DNA of 63,172 nt, the filler included, from Octopus bimaculoides (taxonomy: Eukaryota): NCBI RefSeq assembly GCF_001194135.2. It is 3 parts of 3 records of this genome, joined end to end, with 100 filler letters (N's around TTAATTAATTAA, not from the genome) between each part and the next. Parts side by side here need not be neighbours in the genome. Positions count along the whole stretch, not along the records: positions 54,073 to 63,172 come from NC_068995.1; 2 more parts are not named here. One strand, written 5' to 3'. Both the position numbers and the translations under genes were made by a program. This document shows positions 62,830 to 63,172 of this stretch, piece by piece (the stretch's first letter is position 1; each line of letters begins with the position of its first letter). Under the pieces are notes generated by a model. That model saw only the letters and a program-made list of their open reading frames with translations, ran no database searches and was not told where the DNA came from.

Positions 62830-63172
62830 TATTTAAAAGTCATCAAATTCAAATTCTTCATCACCACTGATACTAAAAAAAGTCCTCCCATTCCTGCTTT
62901 GTCGAGTTTTCATCAGCAACCCATGATGTTGTATCTTCTTTTGTTTCAACCTCGGCTCATAAACAGTCATCTTCAGTTCCATTCGTGATGTTTAATATAT
63001 CTTTTATTTCATGAAACTTTTTATCCTCTTTCATGAATTTTTTTTTACCTTTGCATTGAACATCTTTCTTTAGTTCCTTCTGGTCAGAAGACATCCAGCT
63101 CATATCTCATTTATGCTACTTGTCCCTCAATGGTTTATTCTGTATCACACACAGTGTATGGTTTGGTGGGTT
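62830..63172 (-). mobile_element. Possible pogo-family transposase C-terminal remnant
   Basis: Minus strand ILNITNGTEDDCL*AE...WEDFF..SGDEEFEFDDF resembles the ISNALDGTEDD.L...DEEF.GF tail of pogo transposases; weak. Confidence 0.3.

Overview
AT-rich eukaryotic (animal) genomic DNA from a gapped short-read scaffold: long microsatellites, many N gaps and very dense transposon debris. The SINE families and repeat landscape look like an octopus genome. That is my inference from sequence recognition, not a database result. No intact protein-coding gene is visible, and nearly all ORFs in the supplied track are microsatellite or N-gap artefacts. Supportable content: (i) dozens of tRNA-type SINE copies from at least four families (my labels A-D); (ii) decayed LINEs (CR1/L2-group, RTE/BovB-like, R4/Dong-like); (iii) three Penelope-like element (PLE) fragments; (iv) a Gypsy gag remnant; (v) Tc1, mariner, DD37D (maT) and pogo/Tigger transposon remnants, plus a MITE with perfect 29-bp TIRs; (vi) a few small candidate exons of an unidentified host gene. 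The most interesting signal is RNA structure. There is a stand-alone type I hammerhead ribozyme candidate at 13.7 kb and a hammerhead with a very long helix II at the 3' end of a PLE at 59.3 kb. A ~270-bp palindrome at 58.6-58.9 kb has a decayed hammerhead in each arm, broken at different positions, so together they reconstruct a near-perfect ancestral ribozyme. PLE-linked hammerheads are a known class; whether these particular families are described needs a search. Element boundaries are approximate (tens of bp) unless motif coordinates are given.
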